Positions 29,533 through 39,982 of a stretch of 59,607 nucleotides of DNA are shown here, one piece after another (positions within the stretch are counted from its first letter, which is position 1; every line of letters begins with the position of its first letter). The stretch comes from an uncultured virus (IMG/VR IMGVR_UViG_3300046004_000626) (Duplodnaviria > Heunggongvirae > Uroviricota > Caudoviricetes), in the IMG/VR virus record IMGVR_UViG_3300046004_000626; one strand, 5' to 3'. The notes beneath the pieces are model-generated. The model did no database searches. It was not told the origin of the DNA and saw only the letters and a program-made list of their open reading frames with translations. Position numbers and translations under genes: made by a program.

Positions 29533-29742
29533 ATGAAAATTGTTGAACTTACAAACAAACTATTACTAACAATCACAAACGAAGAACACGAACTACTAGA
29601 ACAGTTCACGGGCGACGCTAGTATTGCTAAAAGTCAATTAGACGAACGCGAACAAATGATCGCAAATCAACTCACAGTCAAAGATGTACTGTTAAGAACA
29701 AATGAAGCCGGAAAAATCTACTACAAAAAACGTATTGACTGA
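29533..29742 (+). CDS. hypothetical late protein
   Basis: ATAAATA plus AGGA RBS, MKIVEL start. Confidence 0.7.
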   Translation: MKIVELTNKLLLTITNEEHELLEQFTGDASIAKSQLDEREQMIANQLTVKDVLLRTNEAGKIYYKKRID

Positions 29743-30193
29743 GATCGACGTTGAAAAGATACGTAGGTTTACAGAAGCAGAGCTGGCTAAACATAGTAAA
29801 GGTCCGCTACCATTCTGCTATCAATTAGGTGCAGATACATTAATTGTTGGCAAGTATAAAATAGTAAAGATTACGGATAAAAATTGGCGAATAACTAAAG
29901 ATAATGAGCAGGTATTTGACTTTTTTAACAGAAAAGACGCTATATTTTATTGCATTGCCTTACACAAGCACAAATATGAATTGGCACAAGAAGTAAGAGT
30001 TAATGATAATTTAATTGGTGTACTTGAATTCGACGCAATCTTATACAGGTATCGTTATAAACAGGCACAACAAAAGAACGATGACTGGAATATTGCATTA
30101 TATTCTAATAAATACACTGAAACTATGTTACGTATTGAAGAATCAAAGAAACAATTGAAGAAGTCTATTGTTTTGATAAATAATATTAAATAA
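29702..30193 (+). CDS. hypothetical protein
   Basis: 163-aa ORF, start uncertain. Confidence 0.65.
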   Translation: MKPEKSTTKNVLTEIDVEKIRRFTEAELAKHSKGPLPFCYQLGADTLIVGKYKIVKITDKNWRITKDNEQVFDFFNRKDAIFYCIALHKHKYELAQEVRVNDNLIGVLEFDAILYRYRYKQAQQKNDDWNIALYSNKYTETMLRIEESKKQLKKSIVLINNIK

Positions 30194-30214
30194 TTGCATT
30201 AGGAAGAATTAACC

Positions 30215-30892
30215 ATGAAACTATCAGAAATGTCACAGACATCTGCAAAAAAAATTAATAAAGTATTAGAAAGCCGTTTTGGCTTTGCTATTGATTATGA
30301 TAAATTGTCTATTACCAAAGCTCAACGCTTAGGTGAAACAATATCGTTGAATCTAAACAAAATCCGTCATAGTGCGGATTTTCACACTGCGGAAACAAAT
30401 CCACGTTATATGGAATTGTTAACTGTACAAGAAGGCCTAAATACTTGGCTTACTGAACAACATCAACAACTAAATGAAGGCGAAGTTGGCAATGCAGAAG
30501 TATTGTTAGCTGCCAAAGATATGGTTGATAGTGTTCAGGACACCATTGAGAAAGTTGGTAAAATGCAAAATGAACAACTTCCACAATTACTTGACAGCAT
30601 CCGTGACCAAATTGGTAGTGAACAAGCTGATGCATTTAAAAATGCAGTTGGTGCTACATTAGATCAACTAATGCAAAACTTACAATCTGCACGTGAAGGT
30701 GTTGACACTGGTGTACGTGTATTAAGCGGTGAAGCAGTTGATCAACCAATGGCTTTGCCAGGTGATGAACTAGGTGCTGAATTACCTCCACCACCAGAAA
30801 GCGATTTTGATGCTGAAGAACCAGCTGATGGTTTTGCAGCTACTGATGCCGCTGTTGGTGGAACTGAAACATTAGGTAGAGAATTGCGCTAA
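30215..30892 (+). CDS. putative prohead core/scaffold-like protein
   Basis: MKLSEM start, helical body and an acidic Pro-rich C-terminus. Confidence 0.5.
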   Translation: MKLSEMSQTSAKKINKVLESRFGFAIDYDKLSITKAQRLGETISLNLNKIRHSADFHTAETNPRYMELLTVQEGLNTWLTEQHQQLNEGEVGNAEVLLAAKDMVDSVQDTIEKVGKMQNEQLPQLLDSIRDQIGSEQADAFKNAVGATLDQLMQNLQSAREGVDTGVRVLSGEAVDQPMALPGDELGAELPPPPESDFDAEEPADGFAATDAAVGGTETLGRELR

Positions 30893-31284
30893 TGCGTTTA
30901 CGTGAATTTGCTCACGGCCCAACAAACACTCCAGAGTCTAACCTAGTTACTGCTCTGGAGTTATTACGTCACCGTTCGCAAGACAAATCAGCATCGGCAA
31001 CAATCAGCACACAAAGTCTTATTAATCTAGTGTTGAACACAGATCGTACATTCAGCTACGATGCACTAGTTGATGCAAATGAAAACAATCCAGCAGTAAA
31101 AAATCTAATCAAAAGTTTCAATCAAGATCAAGTTGTTCTTGCTCCGCTACAAGGTAGTGAAGAAGAACCTACAACAACTAACACTAATAGTGCAGAACAA
31201 AATACATTCCAAGCACCAGTAGATGATGTTACTAGCATGGCTAAACGTGCCGCTAAAACACGTGGTGCACCTGTAGCACAATAA
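30892..31284 (+). CDS. hypothetical late protein
   Basis: MRLREF start, TAATG coupling, VTSMAKRAAK end motif. Confidence 0.65.
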   Translation: MRLREFAHGPTNTPESNLVTALELLRHRSQDKSASATISTQSLINLVLNTDRTFSYDALVDANENNPAVKNLIKSFNQDQVVLAPLQGSEEEPTTTNTNSAEQNTFQAPVDDVTSMAKRAAKTRGAPVAQ

Positions 31285-31350
31285 CTAAAACACATTGACC
31301 TACCACTATAAATAGTATAGTATATTAGTATACTATTATAGGAGAGTATT

Positions 31351-31725
31351 ATGGCATATTCAACTGCTGTGTTAGATCACTACGAAAATCCTAGAAATGT
31401 TGGTAAACTCGACGCCGCTGCATCAGACGTTGGCACCGGCATGGTAGGAGCTCCGGCCTGCGGTGATGTAATGAAGTTGCAAATACAAGTAGAAGATGGT
31501 ATAATAATAGATGCAAAGTTTAAAACCTATGGTTGTGGCAGTGCAATTGCTAGTTCTAGTCTAGTAACAGAACTGCTTAAAGGTATGACTCTAGATGAAG
31601 CATCTGCAATTAAAAATTCAGCAATAGCAGAAGAACTTGCATTACCTCCAGTAAAGATTCACTGTAGTGTACTGGCAGAAGATGCTATTAAATCAGCAAT
31701 AGAAGATTATAGGAAAAAACAATAG
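31351..31725 (+). CDS. iscU: Fe-S cluster scaffold IscU
   Basis: DHYENPRNVG, GAPACGDVM, FKTYGCGSAIASSS and LPPVKIHCS. Confidence 0.97.
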   Translation: MAYSTAVLDHYENPRNVGKLDAAASDVGTGMVGAPACGDVMKLQIQVEDGIIIDAKFKTYGCGSAIASSSLVTELLKGMTLDEASAIKNSAIAEELALPPVKIHCSVLAEDAIKSAIEDYRKKQ

Positions 31726-32032
31726 TGAAAGAAGTCGAAGTCCATGTATTGGTGTTTGTCAATTAATTGACGAAGTGTGTCGCGGCTGCGGTAGAACAAC
31801 AGAAGAAGTAAAATGGATTCGATTCGAAGATGTGATGTCTATAGATAAAATAATTGTTCATTATTTAAATATATCCAGTGATTTAGTAGTACCTATCAGT
31901 CAATCACTTATATGGCAAGATACTGACAGACCTTCTAAAGATTGGTTTTATGATAAGATTAGCAAATTCCCTAATGCTGTGGCATGGATCGAAAATCATA
32001 TCGATTCGCAAATCACAGTACAGACTATATAG
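31725..32032 (+). pseudogene. frameshifted DUF1289-like Cys-rich gene fused to unrelated sequence
   Basis: GTG AAA GAA GTC GAA is followed by a shifted frame SPCIGVCQLIDEVCRGCGRTTEEV. That frame has no ATG/GTG/TTG start upstream of the motif. Confidence 0.6.
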
Positions 32033-32112
32033 TAGTCACCCTATCTATCACTGCTTGTTTTTGCTCTTCGGTAAAATTATATTTATATGCTAGCCATTAA
32101 CTAAATATTATT

Positions 32113-32469
32113 ATGAAATTTCCAACAATCGAAATAGTAGATAGATATACTATTGCTGTAGTCAAACATGAATATACCCAAGGTGCTAATCAAGAAGAAC
32201 TCGAATTCTACATGGCACAAATGCAAGAAATTGGCTTAGATTTACAACACCGACTTATAATTGAATTAATTGATCATCATAGATACGTTTGGTCATTGGA
32301 AGATGATTTTAAAAAGAATCGTATAGACAACTTACCTTTAGAAGAAATTGGTCGACGTGCATTACATATCAGAGATATCGGACATACGAGAGTTACTATT
32401 AAAAATACACTAGCTGAATTACTGGATGACCCGGTTAGAGAAATTAAACGTGATCATATTACAGAATGA
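32113..32469 (+). CDS. hypothetical protein
   Basis: CTAAATA directly upstream. EIVDRYTI..K and R...KN motifs. Confidence 0.7.
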   Translation: MKFPTIEIVDRYTIAVVKHEYTQGANQEELEFYMAQMQEIGLDLQHRLIIELIDHHRYVWSLEDDFKKNRIDNLPLEEIGRRALHIRDIGHTRVTIKNTLAELLDDPVREIKRDHITE

Positions 32470-33506
32470 TTTACAGATTAAATGATGACCATACAATTAC
32501 TGAATTCAGTGATGTGTGGGTGGAGTACATCCTTACTCGATATATACCAGATAATAGTCTATTAGTGATAACACCCATTTTTGATTTTACTACTGGTATT
32601 CTTCAGATTACACAAATTGATCGAGAAATTATAGAAAATCATTCTGGTTGCATAATTGTTGATTCGTCGGGATGGGTAGCAGATACTAATCAATTATATC
32701 AAAATATTTTACAATTAAATTTAACTGTACCATTTTATCTATTAACGGGAGAATTTACCTATTGTAATCATCCGCCTGCCAATACACATATAAAATTTTT
32801 TCCGTTTTGGACAGTATGGGCAAGTGCGCCGCATGCTATAGATGGTAATTTTAAAAATTATAATTTTTCTCAACAGCCTAAAAAATATAAACTTAGTTGC
32901 TTAAACGGCATGCCTTGGCAGCATAGAAAATGGGTGTATTTACAACTTGCACATAAACCGTATTTTAATGATATGGTGTTTAGTTATGGCAATCGAGATG
33001 ATAATATTTCGTGTAATAATTTCAATGAATTCCGATTAACCGACGAAGAAAATAATAAATTTGCACAATTACCAGCTAAATTTAAATTTACAGACAGGGA
33101 TCAACATACTAAGATTGATATAACTATCGATCATCCAGCATATTTAGAAACATATATTAATCTAGTCACTGAAACTACTATAAATGGAAAATTCTCTATG
33201 CTCAGTGAAAAAACATTTAAACCAATTGTTGCTGGGCAATTATTCATATTAGTTGCTGCCGCCGGCGCAGTACAATTTTTACGAGATATCGGCATTGATA
33301 CATTTGATGATATTATTGATCATAGTTATGATACTCTAGTAGATAATAGATTGCGATTATTAGCAGTTATAGCACAAGTTGATCGTTTAATGACATTAGA
33401 TCTTGATGAGATATACGCACAAATTAAACCTAGATTACAACGCAATTCGGAATATATTCGATCTGAAGAATTTAGGCAACAATTTTCTTTGACCTTTGAC
33501 AATTAA
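32466..33506 (+). CDS. hypothetical protein (possible glycosyltransferase-like)
   Basis: INLVTET, LSEKTFKPI and FDDIIDHSYD motifs, AT-rich. Confidence 0.6.
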   Translation: MIYRLNDDHTITEFSDVWVEYILTRYIPDNSLLVITPIFDFTTGILQITQIDREIIENHSGCIIVDSSGWVADTNQLYQNILQLNLTVPFYLLTGEFTYCNHPPANTHIKFFPFWTVWASAPHAIDGNFKNYNFSQQPKKYKLSCLNGMPWQHRKWVYLQLAHKPYFNDMVFSYGNRDDNISCNNFNEFRLTDEENNKFAQLPAKFKFTDRDQHTKIDITIDHPAYLETYINLVTETTINGKFSMLSEKTFKPIVAGQLFILVAAAGAVQFLRDIGIDTFDDIIDHSYDTLVDNRLRLLAVIAQVDRLMTLDLDEIYAQIKPRLQRNSEYIRSEEFRQQFSLTFDN

Positions 33507-33523
33507 CCTTATATACTAATAGT

Positions 33524-34207
33524 ATGCTTATACAAAAATATGATTACACACCCATTAATCGCCAGAGCGAGAATGGAAAAAGACTTTACAGTTTACCAGA
33601 TGGTAGTAAGGTTCCTTCAGTAACAACAATCTTAGACAAGACAAAACCACCTGAAGCTAAGTTAGCCTTAGAAAACTGGCGGAAGTCAGTTGGCGAAAAG
33701 AAAGCACAGGAAATCACTACAGAAGCCGCTAATCGTGGAACACGTATGCACAAGTGGTTAGAAGACTATGTGCAGAACAATCGTCAAATGGGCGAACCCG
33801 GCACTAATCCCTACAGTATACAAAGCCATAAAATGGCACAAAAGATTGTAGAGGAAGGATTGGTGCATGTAGATGAAGTATGGGGTATTGAAGTGCCTTT
33901 ATACGTTAGTGGACTGTATGCTGGTACAACTGACGCTTGTGGTGTACACAAAGGTAAACCGGCTATTTTAGACTACAAACAGACTAATAAACCTAAGAAA
34001 ACAGAGTGGGTTCAGGACTATTTCCTTCAATTATGTGCCTATGGACTAGCACATAACGAAACTCACGGAACAGACATTCGACAGGGTGTTATTCTAATGT
34101 GCAGTCAAGACTTCCAATACCAAACTTGGACAGTTGAAGGCGCTGAATGGGATATGTGGACTGAACGTTGGTTGAAAAGAGTGGAGCAGTATTATAATCT
34201 CAGCTAA
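33524..34207 (+). CDS. PD-(D/E)XK exonuclease
   Basis: PSVTTIL, RGTRMH, E..., AGTTD, ILDYKQ and QLCAY. Confidence 0.88.
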   Translation: MLIQKYDYTPINRQSENGKRLYSLPDGSKVPSVTTILDKTKPPEAKLALENWRKSVGEKKAQEITTEAANRGTRMHKWLEDYVQNNRQMGEPGTNPYSIQSHKMAQKIVEEGLVHVDEVWGIEVPLYVSGLYAGTTDACGVHKGKPAILDYKQTNKPKKTEWVQDYFLQLCAYGLAHNETHGTDIRQGVILMCSQDFQYQTWTVEGAEWDMWTERWLKRVEQYYNLS

Positions 34208-34233
34208 ATATAAAATATAGATAGGATATTAAT

Positions 34234-34824
34234 ATGGCTGTAACCCAAATCTCCAAAATACAAATCCGCAGAGGACTGCAAGAAAATTTACCACAACTTA
34301 GCTCGGCTGAGATGGGTTGGTCAATCGACGAACAGCGTTTGTTTATTGGTAATGGTACATTAGCTGAAGGTGCACCGGCAGTTGGCATGACTGAAATACT
34401 TACTACTCAAAGTATGTATAGTGAGTTAGCCCTCATCGAAGCATTACAAGGTAATGTTGCTAACATGACAGCAAATATTAGTACTATTCAATCTAATATT
34501 GATAGTCTAGAAGCAAATGTTGCATTGCATACATTTACATTTCCAGGCAATACACTAGTTGCTGCTAATACTACTATAACATTCGAATCACTTTCTTCTC
34601 GCACAATTGATTATACTATTATTCGTGGCTCAACTTCACGAGTTGGTACACTTAAAGTCACTGAGCTGTTAGGCACATCATTGTACGAAGATGATTATGT
34701 TGAAACAGCTGACACCGGAGTTGTATTAGGATTTCAAAGCGATGTTAATGCAGCGATATTAACCTATACTACAACTAGTGGTGTCGATGCTACATTTAAC
34801 TATTATATAAAGACATTTATCTAA
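34234..34824 (+). CDS. putative tail/virion protein
   Basis: QISKIQIRRG...LPQL...EMGW..D..RLFIGNG N-terminal fibre-type domain, late promoter. Confidence 0.65.
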   Translation: MAVTQISKIQIRRGLQENLPQLSSAEMGWSIDEQRLFIGNGTLAEGAPAVGMTEILTTQSMYSELALIEALQGNVANMTANISTIQSNIDSLEANVALHTFTFPGNTLVAANTTITFESLSSRTIDYTIIRGSTSRVGTLKVTELLGTSLYEDDYVETADTGVVLGFQSDVNAAILTYTTTSGVDATFNYYIKTFI

Positions 34825-34936
34825 TATAAAACTTGCAAAAAGTTGAAATATTATGTACACTGTATAGTATAAGTAAATACAACACAACAATCAACAATAC
34901 AAATTTAGAGCAGTACTAAATTACGAGGTTATCAAA

Positions 34937-37261
34937 TTGAGTATCATTCAAGTAATAAAACGTAGCGGTAGCCGTGCCCCACTAGCAGTAGATAAATGGC
35001 AAGCCCAGATCACAAAGGTCTGTGCTGGAATTGCAGATGTAAGTCAGAGTATGATTGAGATCAAAGCACAGCCGCATTTTTATGATGGTATTAGCACACG
35101 TGAAATTGATGAAATTACACTTCGTGCTATTGTCGATCTTATTGACATTGAACACAATCCAGATATCGGGCATACTAATTATCAATATGTAGCAGGCAAA
35201 CAACGCCTAAGCATGTTACGCAAAGACGTCTACGGTGATTATGAAGTTCCTCGTTTATACGAAATTGTTAAAAAGAATGTAGCAACCGGATTGTACACAT
35301 CAGAACTACTTGATTGGTATAGTGAAGAAGAATGGGACAAGATGGATTCTTTTGTCGACCACACCAAAGATGAAACATATTCATATGCGGCCATTGAGCA
35401 ACTAATTGAAAAATACCTTGTACGCAATCGTGCAACTAAACAAATTTACGAAACTCCGCAGATACGTTACATAGTCGCCGCAGCCACCGTCTTTCATAAA
35501 GAAGAACCTGGTAACGCACGTATGCGTTTTATCAAAGAATACTACACCTGCGCTAGTGACAGTTTGTTTACCCTAGCAACGCCTGTTCTCGCCGGCCTAG
35601 GCACACCAACTAAACAATTTAGTTCATGTGTATTGATCAAAGCGGACGACGACCTAGACAGTATATTTGCATCAGGTGAAATGATGGCCAAGTATGCTAG
35701 TAAACGTGCTGGCATTGGTTTAGAAATCGGTCGCTTACGTAGTTTAGGATCACCTATACGTGGCGGCGAAATACAACATACGGGTATGATTCCATTCTTG
35801 AAGAAATGGTTTGGTGATCTACGTAGTTGTAGTCAAGGCGGCATTCGTAATGCTAGTGCTACTGTATTCTATCCAATTTGGCATCATCAGTTTGATGATC
35901 TTATTGTACTTAAAAATAATCAAGGTACAGATGAAACACGTGTCCGTCATATGGACTATGGCGTAGTATTATCTAGCTTCTTCTGGCGCAGATTTAAAAA
36001 CAAAGAAATGATTACATTCTTTGATCCTAATGAAGTACCTGACTTATACGAAGCCTTCTACAGTAACACTGAATTGTTTGAAGAACTTTATGTTAAGTAC
36101 GAGAAACAAAAAAATCTACGTAAGAAAACAATGTCAGCTGAAGAAGTATTCAAAGGCGGCATTTTAAAAGAACGTACAGATACAGGACGTATCTATCTAG
36201 TGTTTATTGATAACGTTATGAAGCAAGGACCATTTGATCCAGAATATCATACCATCTATCAAAGTAATCTGTGTTGCGAGATTTTACTACCCACTAAGCC
36301 ATTCAAACGCTTAGATGATCCAACTGGTCGCATTGCCCTGTGTACACTTGGTAGTATAAATTGGGGTGCTTTCCGCAATCCAGAGGACATGCGACGTGCC
36401 TGTCGCATCCTACAACGTAGCTTATGTAACATCTTAGACTATCAAGATTTCTTAAGTATACAAAGCCAATTGTCAAACGATGAACTACAACCATTGGGCA
36501 TTGGTATTACTAACTTGGCCTACTGGCATGCTAAACGTAGCCTACAGTACGGTGATAGCGATGCACTACAAGAAGTTAAAAGTTGGATGGAACATCAAGC
36601 ATTCTACTTAACAGAAGCTACAGTTGAACTAGCTCGAGAGCGTGGCCCGTGTTTAGATTCAGCAAAAACACGTTACGGTCAAGGACAGTTTCCGTGGGAG
36701 AATCGTGCCGCTGGTGTTAATGAACTTGCTGACTTTACTCCTACTCGTGAACTTGATTGGGAACAGTTACGCAGTGACATGAGATCATATGGTGTGCGTA
36801 ATGCTACCTTAATGGCTATTGCACCAGTTGAATCAAGTTCAGTTGTTATTAACTCAACTAATGGTATTGAAATGCCTATGAGTTTAATTTCAGTTAAAGA
36901 ATCAAAAGCTGGTAGCTTTACGCAAGTAGTTCCAGAATATCATAAATTGAAAAATAAATATCAATTAATGTGGGAACAGAAAGATTGTGATGCATACTTA
37001 AAAACTGCAGCAGTACTAGCGGCTTATGTTGATCAATCAATTAGTACAAATACTTTTTACAATCCGGCGCACTTTGCAGATAGAAAAGTACCAACTACAT
37101 TAATTGCTAAGAACTTAATGCAAGCACATATATGGGGTCTAAAGACCTTCTATTATAGCTTAATTAATAAACAAGGTAGTAAGATGGTTGCAGAAGATGT
37201 GCCGGAGATGGCAGAGATTGATTTTGATGATGAAGAAGATTGTGAAGGGTGTAAATTATAA
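34937..37261 (+). CDS. nrdA: ribonucleotide reductase class Ia alpha subunit
   Basis: ATP-cone VIKRSG, ATPV, FSSCVL, SQGGIR, SNLCCEI, LGIG, IAPVESSS, KTFYY and C-terminal CxxC. Confidence 0.97.
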   Translation: MSIIQVIKRSGSRAPLAVDKWQAQITKVCAGIADVSQSMIEIKAQPHFYDGISTREIDEITLRAIVDLIDIEHNPDIGHTNYQYVAGKQRLSMLRKDVYGDYEVPRLYEIVKKNVATGLYTSELLDWYSEEEWDKMDSFVDHTKDETYSYAAIEQLIEKYLVRNRATKQIYETPQIRYIVAAATVFHKEEPGNARMRFIKEYYTCASDSLFTLATPVLAGLGTPTKQFSSCVLIKADDDLDSIFASGEMMAKYASKRAGIGLEIGRLRSLGSPIRGGEIQHTGMIPFLKKWFGDLRSCSQGGIRNASATVFYPIWHHQFDDLIVLKNNQGTDETRVRHMDYGVVLSSFFWRRFKNKEMITFFDPNEVPDLYEAFYSNTELFEELYVKYEKQKNLRKKTMSAEEVFKGGILKERTDTGRIYLVFIDNVMKQGPFDPEYHTIYQSNLCCEILLPTKPFKRLDDPTGRIALCTLGSINWGAFRNPEDMRRACRILQRSLCNILDYQDFLSIQSQLSNDELQPLGIGITNLAYWHAKRSLQYGDSDALQEVKSWMEHQAFYLTEATVELARERGPCLDSAKTRYGQGQFPWENRAAGVNELADFTPTRELDWEQLRSDMRSYGVRNATLMAIAPVESSSVVINSTNGIEMPMSLISVKESKAGSFTQVVPEYHKLKNKYQLMWEQKDCDAYLKTAAVLAAYVDQSISTNTFYNPAHFADRKVPTTLIAKNLMQAHIWGLKTFYYSLINKQGSKMVAEDVPEMAEIDFDDEEDCEGCKL

Positions 37262-37917
37262 TGGACAACTACGAGATTTTTTATAGAACATTTTTGACAG
37301 AAATGCCGTGGGTTGTTCCTGCTAATAATGCATTTGAAGCACAACATCAAATGTTAACAGAACTACTATCTGATGGAATAGAGCCAGAACAACTTGGTAA
37401 TAATGTTTATAAACTAACATCTGAAAACCAATTAACATATTGGATAGGAACCGCAGATGCTGCTAGTGTCGCTATTATTGTCGACACCGAAGTAAATGGC
37501 AATTTTTGTAAAGTTACATTGACCTCGAAAAATCCAGCAATTGCATCTAAAGTATCACCTTATGCTAGTGATTTGTATCTGCTTATTAAACAGGATCTTT
37601 CAAATTTAAATTTAGTTTTTGCTAGTGATAGTATGTTATCTGCTGATGCAGTAAAGTTATGGACAAGAATAGCTAATCAGGGAAATCACATATCTGTATA
37701 TGATACACAAGCATCACAATATGTATTGAACCCAGTTATGTCATCGGATGAATTGTCTAAATATCTCGGCGATCACAATCACAGTCGATATGTATTCGTA
37801 TTGTCGGAATCTAAGGAGCAGTATGTAGGAACTCGGCATGCTATTGGATTAATGGAACTTAAACGTAATGCAGGATACCCTTTACACGAATTATTCGAAC
37901 AATTAAAGAAGAAATAA
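37261..37917 (+). CDS. hypothetical protein inserted between nrdA and nrdB
   Basis: 218-aa ORF coupled to the nrdA stop. Confidence 0.7.
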   Translation: MDNYEIFYRTFLTEMPWVVPANNAFEAQHQMLTELLSDGIEPEQLGNNVYKLTSENQLTYWIGTADAASVAIIVDTEVNGNFCKVTLTSKNPAIASKVSPYASDLYLLIKQDLSNLNLVFASDSMLSADAVKLWTRIANQGNHISVYDTQASQYVLNPVMSSDELSKYLGDHNHSRYVFVLSESKEQYVGTRHAIGLMELKRNAGYPLHELFEQLKKK

Positions 37918-37918
37918 T

Positions 37919-39019
37919 ATGTCACTAGCACAATACAATTTAGCAAAACAAACAAACTATCTACAACGTAAGATGTTCCTTGACCCAGCGGGACCAGTAA
38001 CAGTACAACGTTTCGAAGAAGTTAAGTATAACAAGATTGCAGACTTTGAAGCTACAGCACGTGGGTTCTTTTGGCAACCAGAAGAAGTTAGTTTGAGCAA
38101 AGATGCTAGCGACTTTAAGGGTGCTAGTGATGCTGTTAAGCATATCTTTACTAGTAACTTGTTACGCCAAACAGCCTTAGATAGTTTACAGGGTCGCGCA
38201 CCTAATCAGGTGTTTGGCCCAGTGGTTAGTTTACCTGAATTAGAAGCATTGATTAGTAACTGGTCATTCTTTGAAACTAACATTCACAGTAAATCGTACA
38301 GTCACATCATTCGTAACATTTACAACGTACCAAAAGATATCTTTAATACTATTCACGATACAGCAGAAATTGTTAGCATGGCAAGTACAATCGGCAACTA
38401 CTACGATAAGTTACACGTAATTAACTGTCAAGTTGAACTTGGCATGAAAGTTAGTGAAACAGATCACATTAAAGCAATTTGGTTAGCACTACACGCATCT
38501 TATGGCTTGGAAGCATTTCGCTTTATGGTTAGCTTTGCTACAAGTTTAGCTATGGTAGAAAATCGTATCTTTATTGGTAATGGTAACATTATTAGTTTAA
38601 TTTTACAAGACGAATTACTACACAAAGAATGGACAGCGTTTTTAATCAATCAAGTGATTAAAGAAGATCCACGCTTTGCAGCTATTAAAGCAGAATGTGA
38701 AGATGAGGTATATCAAATGTATCTAGATGTTATTCGTGAAGAGAAAGCATGGGCTGATTATTTGTTCAAAATGGGCCCAGTTATTGGCTTAAACGCTAAT
38801 ATTTTGAAGGATTTTGTTGATTATACAGCCGTAGATGCACTAAAACAAATCGGCATACGTTACACTAGCCCTGCACCTAAATCAACACCCATTCCTTGGT
38901 TTAACAAGCACAGCGATACTAGCAAAAAACAAACGGCCTTACAAGAAAACGAAAGCACTAACTATGTAATCGGTGTAATGGGCGATGAGATGAACTACGA
39001 CGATTTACCGACACTATAA
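37919..39019 (+). CDS. nrdB: ribonucleotide reductase class Ia beta subunit
   Basis: FFWQPEEV, LDSLQ, ETNIHSKSY, LEAFRFMVSF, DELLH and QENESTNY. Confidence 0.97.
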   Translation: MSLAQYNLAKQTNYLQRKMFLDPAGPVTVQRFEEVKYNKIADFEATARGFFWQPEEVSLSKDASDFKGASDAVKHIFTSNLLRQTALDSLQGRAPNQVFGPVVSLPELEALISNWSFFETNIHSKSYSHIIRNIYNVPKDIFNTIHDTAEIVSMASTIGNYYDKLHVINCQVELGMKVSETDHIKAIWLALHASYGLEAFRFMVSFATSLAMVENRIFIGNGNIISLILQDELLHKEWTAFLINQVIKEDPRFAAIKAECEDEVYQMYLDVIREEKAWADYLFKMGPVIGLNANILKDFVDYTAVDALKQIGIRYTSPAPKSTPIPWFNKHSDTSKKQTALQENESTNYVIGVMGDEMNYDDLPTL

Positions 39020-39036
39020 TAATAAAAGGAGCCAAT

Positions 39037-39300
39037 ATGTTAACTGTGTATTCAAAAGATTCCTGCCCATTCTGCGAGCAGGCAAAGAATTTATTAACAA
39101 TGAAAAAAATTGCGTTTGAAGTAATTAGAGTTGATGAGGATTTAGACGCACGCGAGTTTATTATGAGTCAAGGTCATCGTACAGTACCGCAGATTTATCG
39201 TGATGGTAAACTGTTTGTATCGGGTGGCTATCAAGGTCTACAAAAATTAACCAACGAACAATTAAATGAAATGTTAGGGGAAACAAGTGCTAGTAACTAA
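39037..39300 (+). CDS. glutaredoxin
   Basis: CPFC, TVPQI and GGY. Confidence 0.92.
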   Translation: MLTVYSKDSCPFCEQAKNLLTMKKIAFEVIRVDEDLDAREFIMSQGHRTVPQIYRDGKLFVSGGYQGLQKLTNEQLNEMLGETSASN

Positions 39301-39598
39301 TAAGTACGACAAGGATACACTAGTATCATTTAAATTAGTAAATGGTGATGAAGTTATTGCTAAGGTATTAGAAGAAACTGCCGATGAATTCATTGTATCT
39401 AAACCAATGATTGTAGTGCCAAGCCCACAGGGTATTGGCTTGATGCAGAGCCTATTTACATCTGAGTTAAATAAGAGTATACACATTGATAGACGTCATG
39501 TTATGCTACATGCACAAACAAGTGGAGCATTAGTAAACCACTATATACAAACAACAACGGGTATTGAACCAGCTGGTGCTGGTGGTATTATAACTTAG
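39287..39598 (+). CDS. hypothetical protein (Sm-like fold plausible)
   Basis: FKLVNGDEVIA and YIQTTTGI motifs. Confidence 0.65.
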   Translation: MLVTNKYDKDTLVSFKLVNGDEVIAKVLEETADEFIVSKPMIVVPSPQGIGLMQSLFTSELNKSIHIDRRHVMLHAQTSGALVNHYIQTTTGIEPAGAGGIIT

Positions 39599-39976
39599 GA
39601 TTAGGCATGTCGGAGACAGAAACAACTAGTTTTGTATTTGATCCAGAACAATCAACTTATATTTTGTTTATGGAAAAATCACAGTCAGAGTCTAATTTAG
39701 AAATAACTGACTGGGATCGTAGATTAATTCATCCAACTGCCAACGAATTAAAAATTTTTAATTTCCTTGATAATCATAAAAGAACATTAGTTGTATATAT
39801 GCAGGATCATTATGACGAATATGATCATAATGATCCTACTGTAGCATTGGCTACGTGTATTTGTAATTTACCTGATCCTAAAATTGCCGGCTGGCCTAAA
39901 TTTTATAATAATTGGGAATTTGTAGCAGCAGGCAACGATATATTATCGTTAGATTTATCAAAATTATAACTTAGGA
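39587..39976 (+). repeat. 14-bp direct repeats flanking an inserted gene
   Basis: ATTATAACTTAGGA at 39587-39600 and 39963-39976. Confidence 0.85.
39607..39969 (+). CDS. hypothetical protein (inserted cassette)
   Basis: 120-aa ORF between the direct repeats. Confidence 0.65.
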   Translation: MSETETTSFVFDPEQSTYILFMEKSQSESNLEITDWDRRLIHPTANELKIFNFLDNHKRTLVVYMQDHYDEYDHNDPTVALATCICNLPDPKIAGWPKFYNNWEFVAAGNDILSLDLSKL

Positions 39977-39982
39977 ACAAGC

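Noticed and set aside
33524..34207. Cas4/CRISPR-associated gene
   Set aside because: It is a PD-(D/E)XK nuclease without the Cas4 Fe-S cysteine pattern, and there is no repeat-spacer array or other cas gene in the window.
34937..39019. Introns or inteins in nrdA, nrdB or the helicases
   Set aside because: Lengths and motif spacing are normal and the reading frames are uninterrupted.
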